A stretch of 54,094 nucleotides of DNA from Octopus bimaculoides (Eukaryota), in assembly GCF_001194135.2 (NCBI RefSeq), contig NC_068983.1, forward strand, positions 59,861,811 through 59,915,904, read 5' to 3'. Below are positions 27,933 through 41,441 of the stretch, piece after piece. Every line of letters begins with the position of its first letter. The stretch's first letter is position 1. The translations under genes and the position numbers were made by a program. The notes under the pieces were generated by a model. The model saw only the letters and a list, made by a program, of their open reading frames with translations, searched no databases and had not been told where the DNA came from.

Positions 27933-29029
27933 AAAATAAATTCCTCATCTCAGAAATATAGAATTGGAATATAACTGTTCTAACTGTACAACCATGTCAT
28001 CTTTAAGGTAAAGAACTCTTTTGTTTTGAGACAGATGTAAGGAGAATATTTATTCACATATCCTACATTCAGGGTTCATTCAAGTTCATTTGAAGGTTGT
28101 TTTTCAACAATGTTACAATGATGATTCATTGTTTTTAGTTGTTTTTTTTTATTTTGTTATCATTTTCCTTCAATAACAAATCATTTTTATCTGTGTACCA
28201 ATAATTGTGCATCAGCTGCTGAGTTATACATTGTGGGTTTGTTTTATTCTATTGATTTTGTCACTTCAAATAACTTCGATCTACTGCACTATGAAAACAT
28301 GTCTAAACACGTAGAATTGTTAATAGCTTCCATTTAGAGCACAGTGCTATGTTAATATATCCTTGCTGTGCTGAATATTTATGGTTCAAAATGGAAATAG
28401 GGAATTAAGTTGGTAATTGCTTTGTCATAATTAGCTTCACTTAACCTGTTCCTTGTGTTATACACTAGAGCAAATCAAGTTTCTTTTCATTTATATCTTC
28501 TCCTATATGTTGATTTAGCTAATTCTTTCTCTCATTTTCTTCCTGTAACACACACTCAGGCAGTAAGAATTCGAAAGTCTAATATTGCCAGTTAGTTTAT
28601 CAAATATGTGCTTACATGTTAGAAGCTAAACTAACAGCACACATACCTCATATGTTAATCAGCAGTTAATAAGAATGGTGGAGGTTGTTTATTTGTTTGA
28701 GGGATTTCTTGTTTTGATTTGTAGTTACAGTATTTTTATACTTTATTTAAGATATTTATTTAATATTTTGTAATCTAATTATTTTAGTTTGAATATGGAT
28801 GAAGGTTGAGAAAAGCCTACATCTGACTCAACTCATTTATCACACCGGAAACTAAAGACAGTCACCAATAAAGCAGGCTAGTGGTTAAGAAGCTTGCTTT
28901 GCAGTTGCATGGTTTTGAGTTCATGTTCCACTGTATGAAACCTTGGGCAAGTGTCTACTACTATTGCCCCAAACCAACCCAAATGCCTTATAAATGAATT
29001 TTATTGACAGAAATTGTGTGAAAGCCTAT

Positions 29030-29065
<36 letters not shown>

Positions 29066-29474
29066 AATTACATGTTTTCACTGTCCAATTTTTCCTGTCT
29101 TGGTTTGTGTTTGCCATCTTGGAATCCTCTGTTTAGTGGGTTGATCCACTACTCAGGAAGAGACTATTCTAGAGTAAATTCTGCCTTATCTTCGAAATGT
29201 CTAGTTAGAATAGAGGCAGCTGACGAAGGATTTATTCCAAGTGGCTATCTGTTTTCCTATGTGTTCGTTCCGTTGTCTGTAGTTCCTTGTTCTAACATCC
29301 TGTACCCTGATATGCATCTATATACACATGTAGATGTAAGTATGTACATATATGTGTGTATACATGCATATATATTCTTTGTATTATATATATATATATA
29401 TATTTATAATATGGGTGGCTTATTCACAATTTTATAACCTAAAGGCAGAAATATATATGTCACTAAAGTGAACA

Positions 29475-29714
29475 AGGGCACTAATCAGCACCAGTATTGC
29501 TAGAAATAAGAGTCAAAACAACTCAATAGCCACAAAAAAGCACTATCTTAATGAGCTGACAAAGGAGAGAAGTCTCCTACACTTGCAGATATAGTTCTAT
29601 CTGCGACCATAGGGGGAACTTGTCTCCTTTGTCAGCTCATTGAGATAGTGTTTTTGTGGCTGTTGAGTTGTTTTAACTCTTATTTCTAGCAATACTGGTG
29701 CTGATTAATGCCCT
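29475..29714. mobile_element. Palindromic MITE-like hairpin, 240 bp
   Basis: 29475-29573 is the reverse complement of 29618-29714 with about six differences; inner 7-bp hairpin GCAGATA/TATCTGC. Confidence 0.85.
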
Positions 29715-30609
29715 ATAATAATTTTTCCAGAGGATGTAGCAACCGTTACCAATATAGCATAAGAACTTACCTTAGGAGATCATTAATTGAAGTCTCTGTC
29801 TCTTTTGAATATGAAAATTTAAAAGTTTAAAAACCTTATAATATATATATATATATATANNNNNNNNNNNNNNNNNNNNNNNNNNNNNNNNNNNNNNNNN
29901 NNNNNNNNNNNNNNNNNNNNNNNNNNNNNNNNNNNNNNNNNNNNNNNNNNNNNNNNNNNNNNNNNNNNNNNNNNNNNNNNNNNNNNNNNNNNNNNNNNNN
30001 NNNNNNNNNNNNNNNNNNNNNNNNNNNNNNNNNNNNNNNNNNNNNNNNNNNNNNNNNNNNNNNNNNNNNNNNNNNNNNNNNNNNNNNNNNNNNNNNNNNN
30101 NNNNNNNNNNNNNNNNNNNNNNNNNNNNNNNNNNNNNNNNNNNNNNNNNNNNNNNNNNNNNNNNNNNNNNNNNNNNNNNNNNNNNNNNNNNNNNNNNNNN
30201 NNNNNNNNNNNNNNNNNNNNNNNNNNNNNNNNNNNNNNNNNNNNNNNNNNNNNNNNNNNNNNNNNNNNNNNNNNNNNNNNNNNNNNNNNNNNNNNNNNNN
30301 NNNNNNNNNNNNNNNNNNNNNNNNNNNNNNNNNNNNNNNNNNNNNNNNNNNNNNNNNNNNNNNNNNNNNNNNNNNNNNNNNNNNNNNNNNNNNNNNNNNN
30401 NNNNNNNNNNNNNNNNNNNNNNNNNNNNNNNNNNNNNNNNNNNNNNNNNNNNNNNNNNNNNNNNNNNNNNNNNNNNNNNNNNNNNNNNNNNNNNNNNNNN
30501 NNNNNNNNNNNNNNNNNNNNNNNNNNNNNNNNNNNNNATATATACATACATACATAAATACATACATACATACATACATACATGTGTATATGTATATACA
30601 TATGTGTAT

Positions 30610-30647
<38 letters not shown>

Positions 30648-31204
30648 CATAGTGCATTTGTCTTTATGCTTGTGTTTATCCTCCCTGACACCCAGTGTTG
30701 ATTTGTTTACATCCCTTAGCAGTTTGGCAAAAGAGACCAATAGACTAAGTACCAGACTTTAAAGAAGTACTGGCATTAATTTGTTCAACTAAACTCTTCA
30801 AAGTAGTGCCCCAGCATGGCTGCAGTCCAGTGACTAAAACAAATAAAAGAGAAAGACAAGATAGTTAAACCTTATTATTGTTAGAAGAGATAGCAAAAAC
30901 AAGAGAAAAATATAAAGATAGAATGTAATAGTCCACAATTGGGCACCTCCCACTTTGTGCTTAAAAATGTATAGCCTTACCACTGATTTGTTAATGATGT
31001 GATATTAAATTGGTGATGGCTGGGCACTCACAGTTTTATTATTTGCTCATGCCAGCTGAGTAGACTGGAGCAACATAAAGTAAAGTGCTTTGCCAAAAGA
31101 CACAACTTGCCTCTTGGACTGGGAATCAAAGCCATGTTCCTTCTCAGGAGATACAGCAAATCTTTACATACATATGAGCAAGTATAAAAGAGTTTTGTCT
31201 ACTT

Positions 31205-31602
31205 CAGCCCTTTTGATACCAACCTATCTGAGACCATGTCTGGTCCTGTGAAAGAAACTTCCTGTTTAACCCTTTAACATTTAAATAACCTGGTCAAATG
31301 TAATACTAATTTATTTGCATTGCTTTGAATTAATCATGCATTATCTTATAGCTTTGAGATTTCAGTAATGTGATTATTTATTTTTAGAATGACATGATAT
31401 GTTAAGCATGAGAAGGTGGATCTGACAATATATTGGCCAGATATGCTCAGTTTAAACACTAAAGGATTAAAGCAATCTAAATTAAAAGTTTCCACCAACT
31501 TAATAATGACAATTACTTTAGTAAATTCTTTGCTATTTTCAAAGTTAATTGAAACAAAAGCCATGTATTTTCTACAGAAATATGATAACAAAAGAGTTAA
31601 CT
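31205..31602. mobile_element. piggyBac-type MITE, host of a nested insertion
   Basis: Ends GCCCTTTTGATACC and ATGATAACAAAAGAGTTAA; homologous to fragments at ~36143 and ~41843. Confidence 0.55.
31266..31470. mobile_element. piggyBac-type MITE with TTAA TSD
   Basis: TTAA-CCCTTTAACATTTAAA ... TTTAAACACTAAAGGA-TTAA; same family as 44893-45122. Confidence 0.75.
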
Positions 31603-32149
31603 GCTTTGACTGATTCATAAATTGTTCCATTTACTAGCATACCATTATCAAGTGTTGTTTAGTTAAACCTTCATCTTACACTTACTATTTTTCATTTGAA
31701 AAATATAATTAAGGTTTTAAAAAATAAAAAAGTTCTCTGAATAAGAAATTAAGAAGGTTAGGTTGTCTTATAAACATGAATCTGTGTTTCAGTAACCTCT
31801 AGATGCATTGAGGTGATAGTTAATCATTACAAAATGCCTATATTGAAATTAGATGTAAAATATAAAAGCTCTTTCCTCTTAACTCATTTGTCATTGTATT
31901 TAGTCAAACCAGACCCAACCACCACTGACAACCTAACATTTCTTTTCTTTTCTTTTTGAGATTTTTTTTCCTGTGTATAGTGGTATGCTTAACAATGCCT
32001 CCAGCAAGCTAAGATCTTTATTCTTGCTAAGTCATATATTTCAAAATATAAGCTATATAATCGCAGCAAATATATTTCAATATATGTTTAGCAGGATTAA
32101 GTCTTAAATTATATTATTGAACACATAGCATGAATATATACACATGCAT

Positions 32150-32181
<32 letters not shown>

Positions 32182-32384
32182 ACCAAATATTAACTGAAAG
32201 AATACCCAATATACTTAAGTAGATTATCATTTATTTAATACATTTAAGTTGACAAATTATTTTTACAATAAAAAGGTTGACGCTGAGTTTAAAATTTTGC
32301 TGGACAATCTGCTGAATTTAATCAGTGGCAAAATTCTGAAATTATAATTAATTTTTTTCCCTTCTAAATATATATTCTTTTATT

Positions 32385-32750
32385 CTTTTACTTGTTTCAG
32401 TCATCTGAGTGTAGCCATGCTAGAGCCCCACCTTGAAGGATTTTAGTCAAACAAATCACCCCATGACTTCTTTTTAAAGACTAGTATCTATTCTATCTGT
32501 CTCTTTAGCTGAACTGCTGAGTTGCAGAGATGTAAACACACCAACACCAGTTGTCAAGCAATGATGGAGGGGGAGAAACACAAGGACACACACACATGCA
32601 CACACAGATATATACGACAGGATTCTTTCAGTTTCCATCTACCAAATCCACTCACAAGTCTTTGGTTGACCCAAGGCAAAGACACTTGCCCAAAGTGCCA
32701 CACAGTGGGACTGAACCCAGAACCATGTGATTGAGAAGCAAGCTTCTTTA
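32385..32750 (-). mobile_element. SINE family X
   Basis: AAGACACTTGCCCAAAGTGCCACACAGTGGGACTGAACCCAGAACCATGTG is the reverse complement of the family X head. Confidence 0.7.
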
Positions 32751-35569
32751 TTTCTTTTAAATTGCCATAAAGGCATTACACAGAGGGGGACACTACAACA
32801 CATATGGGGACATATAACAATTAAAATAAAAATATGATGATATGAATGACACATGAAAAGGAACATGAAAAACATTAAAATAAAAATATTAAAATAATGA
32901 TACGTGAATGATAATTTGAGAAATGAGAATATGAAAAGTGTGTTACTCACCCCACACTGAGTAACACCACACGCCACCTCTGAGTCCTGAGTCCTCTTTA
33001 GTCTTTGATCTAGTCTTTCCTTTTTCCCCATCAATGAGTGACAACACTCTCTCCTCCATGTATATGTAACCTTTTTCACTGGGAGAGGGGTCTTGTAAAT
33101 TTTGTGGCGTCTGTTCTTTCTTCTTTGTTTTTTCTGTGGGGAGAGGGGGTCGGTGGGTTTGATGTCTGTATGGGGAGGGTGGGTCTGAGTGGTCTTGGGT
33201 GGGGTGGAGTTGGTCTGGGGTCCCATATCACACTGATTGTTCTTCCTCTTCTTTCTCTTTTCCCTTTTATTCTCTGTCACTGTCCATTCAGCCTCCTTGT
33301 TCCTTCCATCTATCTGTACTTCTTCCTTTTTCTCCTCCGTCTCCAACATACATTTTTCAGTGTCTTCCTTCTCTTCTTATTAATTTTCTGCAGTTCCATA
33401 TATGCTATAAAATTTCACATCATTCTGCTACTTTGTAATAAATACTGTTGTGGTCTTCTGCATTATTCTGAAGTTTTAGTGTCTCAAAGCAGCTATAGAA
33501 GTCTGTAGGAATCTCAGGAAGCATAACAGCATTATATTTCCTGTTTCTCTCCATAATATTCAGTTTCTAGTTTTAATTTGCTATAAGCAATTAAGTAGGT
33601 TCGTTATTCTTATTGATATTTATGTTTTAATTTAAAACCTATATGATAATCTTAAAGAAACAATTAAGCTAATTTGTATTTATATACAAAGTTTTTGTAT
33701 CTTATAGCATTTGTGACATTCCTATCATATCAATCCTAACAAAGAAATGATAAATTTAATTATTTTATGAATATAAATTAAAGTAGGATAGTTTGTTTGT
33801 TTGTTTGTTTTTGTTTTGTTTTTTTCTCCAAGGCTGAGTAAGCAATGTAGCTTGCATTTAAAGTTAAATGTAACTAAGAAAGCAGGCTTGTCATATGATT
33901 GCCTCAACAGACAACCAGTAGTTAAGTACACATTTTGATTGAATGTGCTGATTTCAAATGTAAAATTTCATCCTATGGAAATGATGTGTATTATCTTGTA
34001 TATAGAGAACGAAGTCTTTAATAGTTCTCATGATAAATTCTGTGACCTTCTCAACTTTTTCTTCATCATTGCTCTAATGTCTTCAGCTTCAATATTTCCT
34101 TTACCATCAGCTATGCCAATAATATAGTAAAATTTGTTGACAACTTGGTACAATTTCCCATTACCTAAAACCTTGTCAAACCTATCCCTAGGCTAGCAAT
34201 ACAATAGCTGTTGTTCTAGCAATCTAGCAAGTAACAGAATCTGTATGAAAGACACGAAGATAATGCACTTTTATGTCAGTTTGGTCATTAAATTATCATC
34301 AATAGTACACAATATTGGGTATTTTGCATGTGAAAGTGAGAATAACCATACTAATATTTACATAAGTTTCCATGTTTTTTTATTATCTGGAACATTTGCA
34401 TTTCTATATGCACAACAACAACTATTTGAATAAAGCAACATACATAGAATAGTAAATCTGATAGTTAAAAGTCTTCATAGTATAAAATATTTTAGTTATA
34501 TGAAAATTGTTCATGATTATCAATGACAAAGTAGAAAGAGGGAGAACATCTTATCACTAAAATGACAAATAGAGTTCTGTGTAACACCTGAGGTTGTTCT
34601 GTTGGAGAGTTTAAGATCCAGCTTTTATAACATTGAGTCGAAACTTCTAGAACTTTTATCAGAACTATTTGGTTGGAAATTTCACAAAAACTGTGTTCAA
34701 GTATACTGCTATTTGGTTACCCACCAGCTAATCTGATTGGTTGAATCATGTTCTCATAGGTATTTATGCATTTATGATGACAGTTAATTTCTCATAACCA
34801 GTCTAACTTTTTATGGCAATGCAGTTAGGCTGTGGTCCCAAACTGGGGAATCTGAGCAAAATGGCTTGAAACTTGGCTGAAGCCTCACTACATATCCAAC
34901 TAAAATTATCTGCAACCAAATATTCTTTAAAATCTCACACAATGGCAATCTCTCCACTTCTAGAACTGTAAAAATATTTGTGACTATGGAACCACAATCA
35001 TATATCTAGATCTTGTGTCAAAACTAGACATAAATTTCTTATCTCTCATGACTTGCTGCCATGGCATATGTGCCAAAATTCTAAACACAGCAAAAAGAAA
35101 TTCCCTACTGGCAGGAGACCAAAGTGTATAGACTGAGAATTCATCGAGTTCAGAATAATGAGGAGAGGAAAAGTTAAGAGTAAATATGAATATTGACAAA
35201 AAGAAAAAAGAAAAAGACATTAACACATTTTGCTAAATATCTAGCTTTAAATTAAATGGTCTGTTGAAAAAAAAACAGAAAGCATATTTCACTATGAAAA
35301 TAAAATTTATAATTTAACAACAAAACATTTTGGTTTCTGTAACAAAATGGTTGACACTGGAAAAAAATTTTTAACACTCAACAAAAATAAACACTGAAAA
35401 GAAAAAAATCAAGGTAAATACAGCATCTAATTTTATATTTTCTTCAGATTATAACTTTACTTCTAAACTTTTCCAAAGTTTCCTCACAGAAAAATTATCA
35501 TATTCCTATATTTCTCTCTTCTCTGTGTTCATCAAGTCCAATGCTAAAATTATATATTTGTATAAAATA

Positions 35570-35775
35570 GTGATTTAAAATTTAGGCACAAGGCCAACAA
35601 TCCTGAGGAGAGGGGTAAGTTAATTACATCGGCTGCAGTGCTCAACTGGTATTTTGTCTTTCATCCTTAAAAGGATGAAAGGCAAAGTTGACCTCAGCAA
35701 AATTTGAACTCAGAACATCAAGACAGATGAAATGCCACTGAGCATTTTGCCCAGCATGCTGACGATTCTGCCATC
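35570..35775 (-). mobile_element. SINE family Y
   Basis: AAAGGATGAAAGGCAAAGTTGACCTCAGCAAAATTTGAACTCAGAAC. Confidence 0.7.
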
Positions 35776-36304
35776 TCATTACTTTGATTGTATAAATATC
35801 AATTTAGAAAAATGATGATTATAAAATTAAGATCTTGTTTTAAATTTTTTGGAAATTGCCCAATAGAAGTTTGAAAAATTTAACTACTGTTCTTTTAACC
35901 CATTAAATCCCAGAGTACTTAAATTTCTGAGTATTACTTTTCAATTTTTACAGATGATTGAAAATAGGTTAAAATGAAAAAAAAAATTATTAAAACTCCT
36001 TTACTTCAGGTAGAAATGGAAATACTCATTGTCCTATAAATAGGACACTGAGACCAGGGATAATCTTAATAATGGAATACTGAAAAATTAGTGTCCAATT
36101 ATGTCAGTCTTTTTCATGAGAAAATCACACATTGTCACTTCATTTAACTCTTTTGATACCAGCCTGTCTACAATCTAAACTTCTTGTTTAAAAGTGATCT
36201 ATATTCAACCTCCCATCAAAATTCCATATTAATTAATATTTCAAACTCCAAATTAACAATGACAAAATAATTTTCCTAAATTATCTTTTTTTTTTCTTTT
36301 ATTT

Positions 36305-36667
36305 ATTTCAATCATTAGAATGTGGCCATGCTGGGACTTTGCCTTGAAGAATTTTAATCAAATAAATCAACCCAGAACTTTTCTTTTTTTAAGTCTGGTA
36401 CTCTTACTCTATTTGTCCTTTTTGCTGAACTGCTAAGTTACAGGGATGTAACCACACCAACACCAGTTGTCAAATAGTGGTGGGGACAAACACAGACACA
36501 AAGACATACACACATAGACATATGTATTTACACAATGGGCTTTCAGTTTCTGGCTACCAAATCATCTCACAAGGCTATAATAGAAGACACTCGCCCAAGA
36601 TGTCACACAGTGGGACTGAACCCAGAGCCATGTGATTGGGAAACAAACTTCTTACCACACAGCCACA
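36305..36667 (-). mobile_element. SINE family X
   Basis: Ends AAACTTCTTACCACACAGCCAC, the reverse complement of the family X head. Confidence 0.7.
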
Positions 36668-38117
36668 TACTCATTATTCTAAAATAAATTGTTATAACAA
36701 AGTCAATATATTTCAACATAAATATGGTAACAAAAAGTAATCATCTTCGACTCAACAAATTGTTTACCAAGGCAATTTGACAGCCATGAAACTGAAATGC
36801 TGACTGTTTATAATTTCTCCATATATCTCTTATTACTAGACCTTTCTGTTGTATCCAATACAGTGGATGATGGTATTTTGGGGGAAGATTTACTGTTTGA
36901 GTATCTCTGAAATTTCTCTACAATGATTCACTTCTTGTTCTACATAAAAAGTCATCTTATTTTATATGAAATGCCTTATGAATAAAAAAAAGCTATCCTA
37001 AGGCAGCAGTAACATATTTAATAGGATCAGAGTATGTCAAGGCTCCTTAATTGACTCTGTTTTATTCTACATATATTTTTTTCATCTTACTACTCACATT
37101 AACAGCATTGATGGTTGGTGTCCAACTTTTCTCTTCAATATAATACACTCAGAGTATATATCTACAAGCCATTATAAACAACGTCAACAAATGGATCACT
37201 CTCTTAAACTAAGCACTACAATGATAGCAACCACAATAGTTTTTTTTTTCTCTCTCTCTCTCTCTCTCTTTTAATAATCATGGCAAATTCATTATTTTTG
37301 ACATTCAGCTCAATGACTGCAGCCTCTTAAGAGGCAAAAGAAAACTCTTAGTGTGAAATTAGATAAGTAACATGACTTTCAATGAAAAGATGCACCAATG
37401 CATCAGTCACTCTCTCTTTACTCGAGAAATATCAGGAAATTCCATAATATTGATCCAACTAAAGTTCACATCAATTTCATCATGATTTCAAAAATTGAAT
37501 ATCATAATTTCCTCTTCTTCACATCATGCTAAGAATGCTGGGTAATGCAAAAATTTCAAAACTATTTTTCTTGCACTGCTGATAAGCTTCATTTTAATAA
37601 AACTATATCTTCTCTATTGGCCAGCTTATATTGGTTACTCATGAAAGGACTTGTTATCATCATCATCATCATTATCATCTTCATCTTGGCATAGATTGGA
37701 CATTTTAATAGGATCCAATGAATCAGAGGATCACATCTTGCTCTAGTGTCACAGTTTTGGCATAATTTCCATAGGTGGTTGCCCTTCCTAACACCAGCCA
37801 CTTTATAATGTATACTGGGTGATTTTTTTTCATGGCCCACCACTAATGAGGTGACTTTGCTACTTGCAAGACTAAAGAGACTCCTCAACTGAAAGGGAGG
37901 TTAGGACATAAGGTGATTGCTTTCAGTAAGGTGTTGAGAGGTTAAAGCATGGTGGGGAAAAAACACCAAAAGGTTTACGTTTTATGAAGAAGATTCATGT
38001 CTGCCTTGTATTTTACATGGGTGGGTGGAAAAAGCTGGAGTGGGACTCAAACAGAGGTAAATAAGGTGATGAGAGGTGCCAGAATGTATTCTTGTAGTAA
38101 TATGTCTGAGATATATA

Positions 38118-38325
38118 TAAAGCAGCGAGCTGGCATATTTATTACTGTGCTGAGCAAAATGCTTAGCAGCATTTCATCTGTCTTAATGTTCTGATTTCAA
38201 ATTCTGATGAGGTCAACTTTGCCTTTTATCCTTTTAGGATTGATAAAATAAGTACCAGTTGAGCACTGGGGTCAAAGTAATTAATACACAAAAATTGCTG
38301 GACTTGTACCAAAATTTGAAACTAA
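38118..38325 (+). mobile_element. SINE family Y
   Basis: AAGCAGCGAGCTGGC...GAGGTCAACTTTGCC...CCAAAATTTGAAAC. Confidence 0.7.
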
Positions 38326-40809
38326 TATGTCTAAGAGATATATAAAAAAGAGTGTGGATACAGAAGAATAAAGGAGGATTGCGGATAAAGTTGTAAGAAT
38401 GTGATAGGAGAGTGATGTGGATATAGACATGAGGTGAAGGAGGTCAGATGTATATAGAGGGGATGAATGTAGTGAATGTCGAACAGGAGTAGAGGTGGAA
38501 TATGAATGGTGGAGTGGGCATAAGAATAAGAGATGGATGCTGATTGGGAATAGAACAGAGGAGAGTGAGTGATTAACCTACCTCACAAATTAAAATATCA
38601 ATTTAAGTATGAAAAATATTGCTTCATTTTTCTAGCAAACAATGATTGGAAGACTGGGAAATAGCAAAAATATCAGAACAACTTACAGTATTTATTCCAA
38701 ATATATTCTTACTAGGATGGGTAGTTTGTCTAATCATTCCAGTATCAATGAAATAAGTACCAGCAAGGACCTTCATTATTCAATTGATAACGCTACCTCC
38801 CTACAGAAATCAATATCTAATTCTTAAGTCTTCTCGTCTTTATTTATGTATTTATTTATTTATTTATTCATTGTCATCATCATCGTCATCATCATCACCA
38901 CCACCACCACCATCATCCCATCATCATCATTATCATCATCATTATATTACCATTTTCATTTTAGCTTTTTGTTTAATCTTGCCCTTTAACTATAACTTTA
39001 CTTTTTCTATCAGTTCTGATCTTTTCTTCGCCCTGATACACATTATTGCCATAGACTCTCTTAGATTTCACCTTTCCTTTATCTAAGATCTGTTTCTTTT
39101 CTTTCTTTCTTTTTTTTTTTTTTTTTTTTTTTTTTTTGTTTTCTTTGTAAAGATTTACTTATGTCTTCTTTTTTCCATTGTGAAAAACATAATAATAATT
39201 ACTTTGAAGCTGAGATTTTCATGATACTAACTAAAGTTGTAACTCATTGTTCAAAGAAGCTCTGGGATACTCAAAGAAACAGTTAGCAACAAAATAATTG
39301 AAGTTTTATGTTATATATTCCTGAGAATTCTTTGACAAAAGAAAATATTAATGTTTTAAAAGAAATATGATGGCAGCACAATTTACATTGTGTTAATGGT
39401 ATCTTTGATATATATACATTTCCATAAAAATAGAAAATTAGGCCAAATAATGTAACCACCCAGTAGACTGCTGTACGTGCTGAAATAAATATCCCTTTGA
39501 TGTTACATGTGTATCTTTTTTAATTAAGTAGCTTCATTATGAATACACATAAACATCCAGGTGTTTGTCTCTTTAGGAAATAGCTCTGACTCTTTCGTTC
39601 TTGCACATATAAATACAGTCAACTTTCCAGTTATATATTTTAGAAAAAAACACGTATTAACCAGAGACTTTGTGTTGTGTTTGTATTCTATATAAACAGG
39701 AACATTCTTTATCTTTGTTCATAAATGTTTTATCTCGGTACAAAGTATATTTCTGTATTTTTACATCTTTAGTCAGTATATGGACAAGAAAATAAAGTAA
39801 CTGAACCATAGATTATTAAGCTTAATAGATATTGCCTTTGTACAATCCACATACTCACACTTTCTCTACTGGTAAAAGAATTCATTATTATAAACCCTAG
39901 AATCTATCCTTATCAAGAAATGTTTTCTGTATGCTTATCATTATTGCTGTACCCACATTAACCCTACGTTGCATCACTAATTATATCTAAACCCAATCAT
40001 TCATATCTATATTGTCCTTTAAAAATGTGTGTGCAAACACATTAACATTTTTTTAAATTTTTCTAAATCTTATGCTCCTATTTCAATGTGCTTTTACAAA
40101 AAACAGATGCTGTTTGGTCCTAGGTCAACCTTCAACCAGCAAAGGCATTCAAGCTATGACCATCTCATCATTTTTCTGGGATCTAAGTACATTGGACTAC
40201 ATTATCCAATGTGTGTGTGTTTTTAAGACAATAATATATTGTGATTTGAGAGAGATTTTAACTAGCATCTCTAGCAGGTCAAGCAACCTCATAGAGGTTT
40301 ATTTGCTTAAAAAAAAACCGTTGTCATTGTTTAGCACGAAATCTGCCTTGTGATGACAAAAAGGTGTTCTAACCATGACAATGCTCTCTCATATATGTAA
40401 GACTGTTATCTAGGTTATTTCATTTTTTTTAAGACAATAGGGTATGATTTAAGAGATTGAGCTGCTATTTAGAGCAGTTTGGGTGTGCAGAGAAACTTCC
40501 AGTTACATGAATATTATCAGTGTATATCATCATCATCATTATCATCATATGTCTGCCTTCCATACTGGTATGGGTTGGACGGTTTGACAGGACCTGGTAA
40601 GTCTGCAGACTGTACCAAGCTTCACTGTCTGCTTTCACATGGTTTTATGACTGGAGCCCCTTCTTAATGCCAACCACTTTACAGAGTGGATCAGATACTT
40701 TTTATGTGGCACCAGCACCAGCAATGTGTGTGGGGGGTGGGGCTCACAGAGGCGAGGTGGTTGATTTCCTTTCAAGCATTGGGTCCAATGGAGGCAAAGT
40801 GGCCAAGCT

Positions 40810-41118
40810 CTTTTCAAGAGTTGGGCCTCACAGAGGCAATGACCAAAACCTTTGGCTTTATGTCATGCTTGAGAAGAAAACCCATCAAGCTGAGCAAATC
40901 ACAGTCATGGCAGATACCAGTGTCACACAAATAGCACCTGTACTGGTGGCACATAAAAGCACCTGTTACACTCTCAGAGTGGTTGGTGTTAGGAAGGACA
41001 TCCAGCTGTGGAAAACCATGCCAAATCAAACTGAAACCTGGCGCGACCTTCCAGCATGTTAGCCCAGTCATACTGCCCAGCATAGACAACGGCCATTAAG
41101 TGTTGATGATGATGATGA
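40810..41118 (+). mobile_element. RTE LINE 3' end with (GAT)n tail, degraded
   Basis: ELGLTEAMT..LW...LEKK end of ORF, TTAGGAAGGACATCCAGCTG core, (GAT)n tail. Confidence 0.65.
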
Positions 41119-41332
41119 TATATATGTATAACAAGAAAATTCTTCGTGGGGAGGCCTTCCTAATGTGTTACTTCATCTGATAAAACCTTTAATTCTTTAC
41201 TGTGTACCATAAAATAAAAATAAAAAGAAAACACATTACTATATCATTGTTAACAGTCAAAACACTCTTCTTTTTACAAATATATAGGAATTTTTTTCAA
41301 AAGTATTGTTATTGTTTTTTTTAATCTTTTCT

Positions 41333-41366
<34 letters not shown>

Positions 41367-41381
41367 CTATTTTTGTTCCAG

Positions 41382-41441
41382 AAACTTGCTTCAGCAGCAG
41401 AAGAAGCCTACAGAAATTATACAGTAGAAGTAAATCCACCG
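41382..41441 (+). CDS. CACNA2D: alpha-2/delta calcium channel subunit, internal exon A (60 nt, phase 0-0): KLASAAEEAYRNYTVEVNPP
   Basis: Long poly-T tract and TTCCAG acceptor; CCG/GTAATT donor; stop-free. Resembles the RLVEAAEEAH segment of vertebrate alpha2delta-3/4 and is in phase with the exon at 48894. Confidence 0.82.

Noticed and set aside
32745-33070. Possible Tx1/L1-like 3' end on the minus strand
   Set aside because: Resemblance is from memory only and too weak to call.
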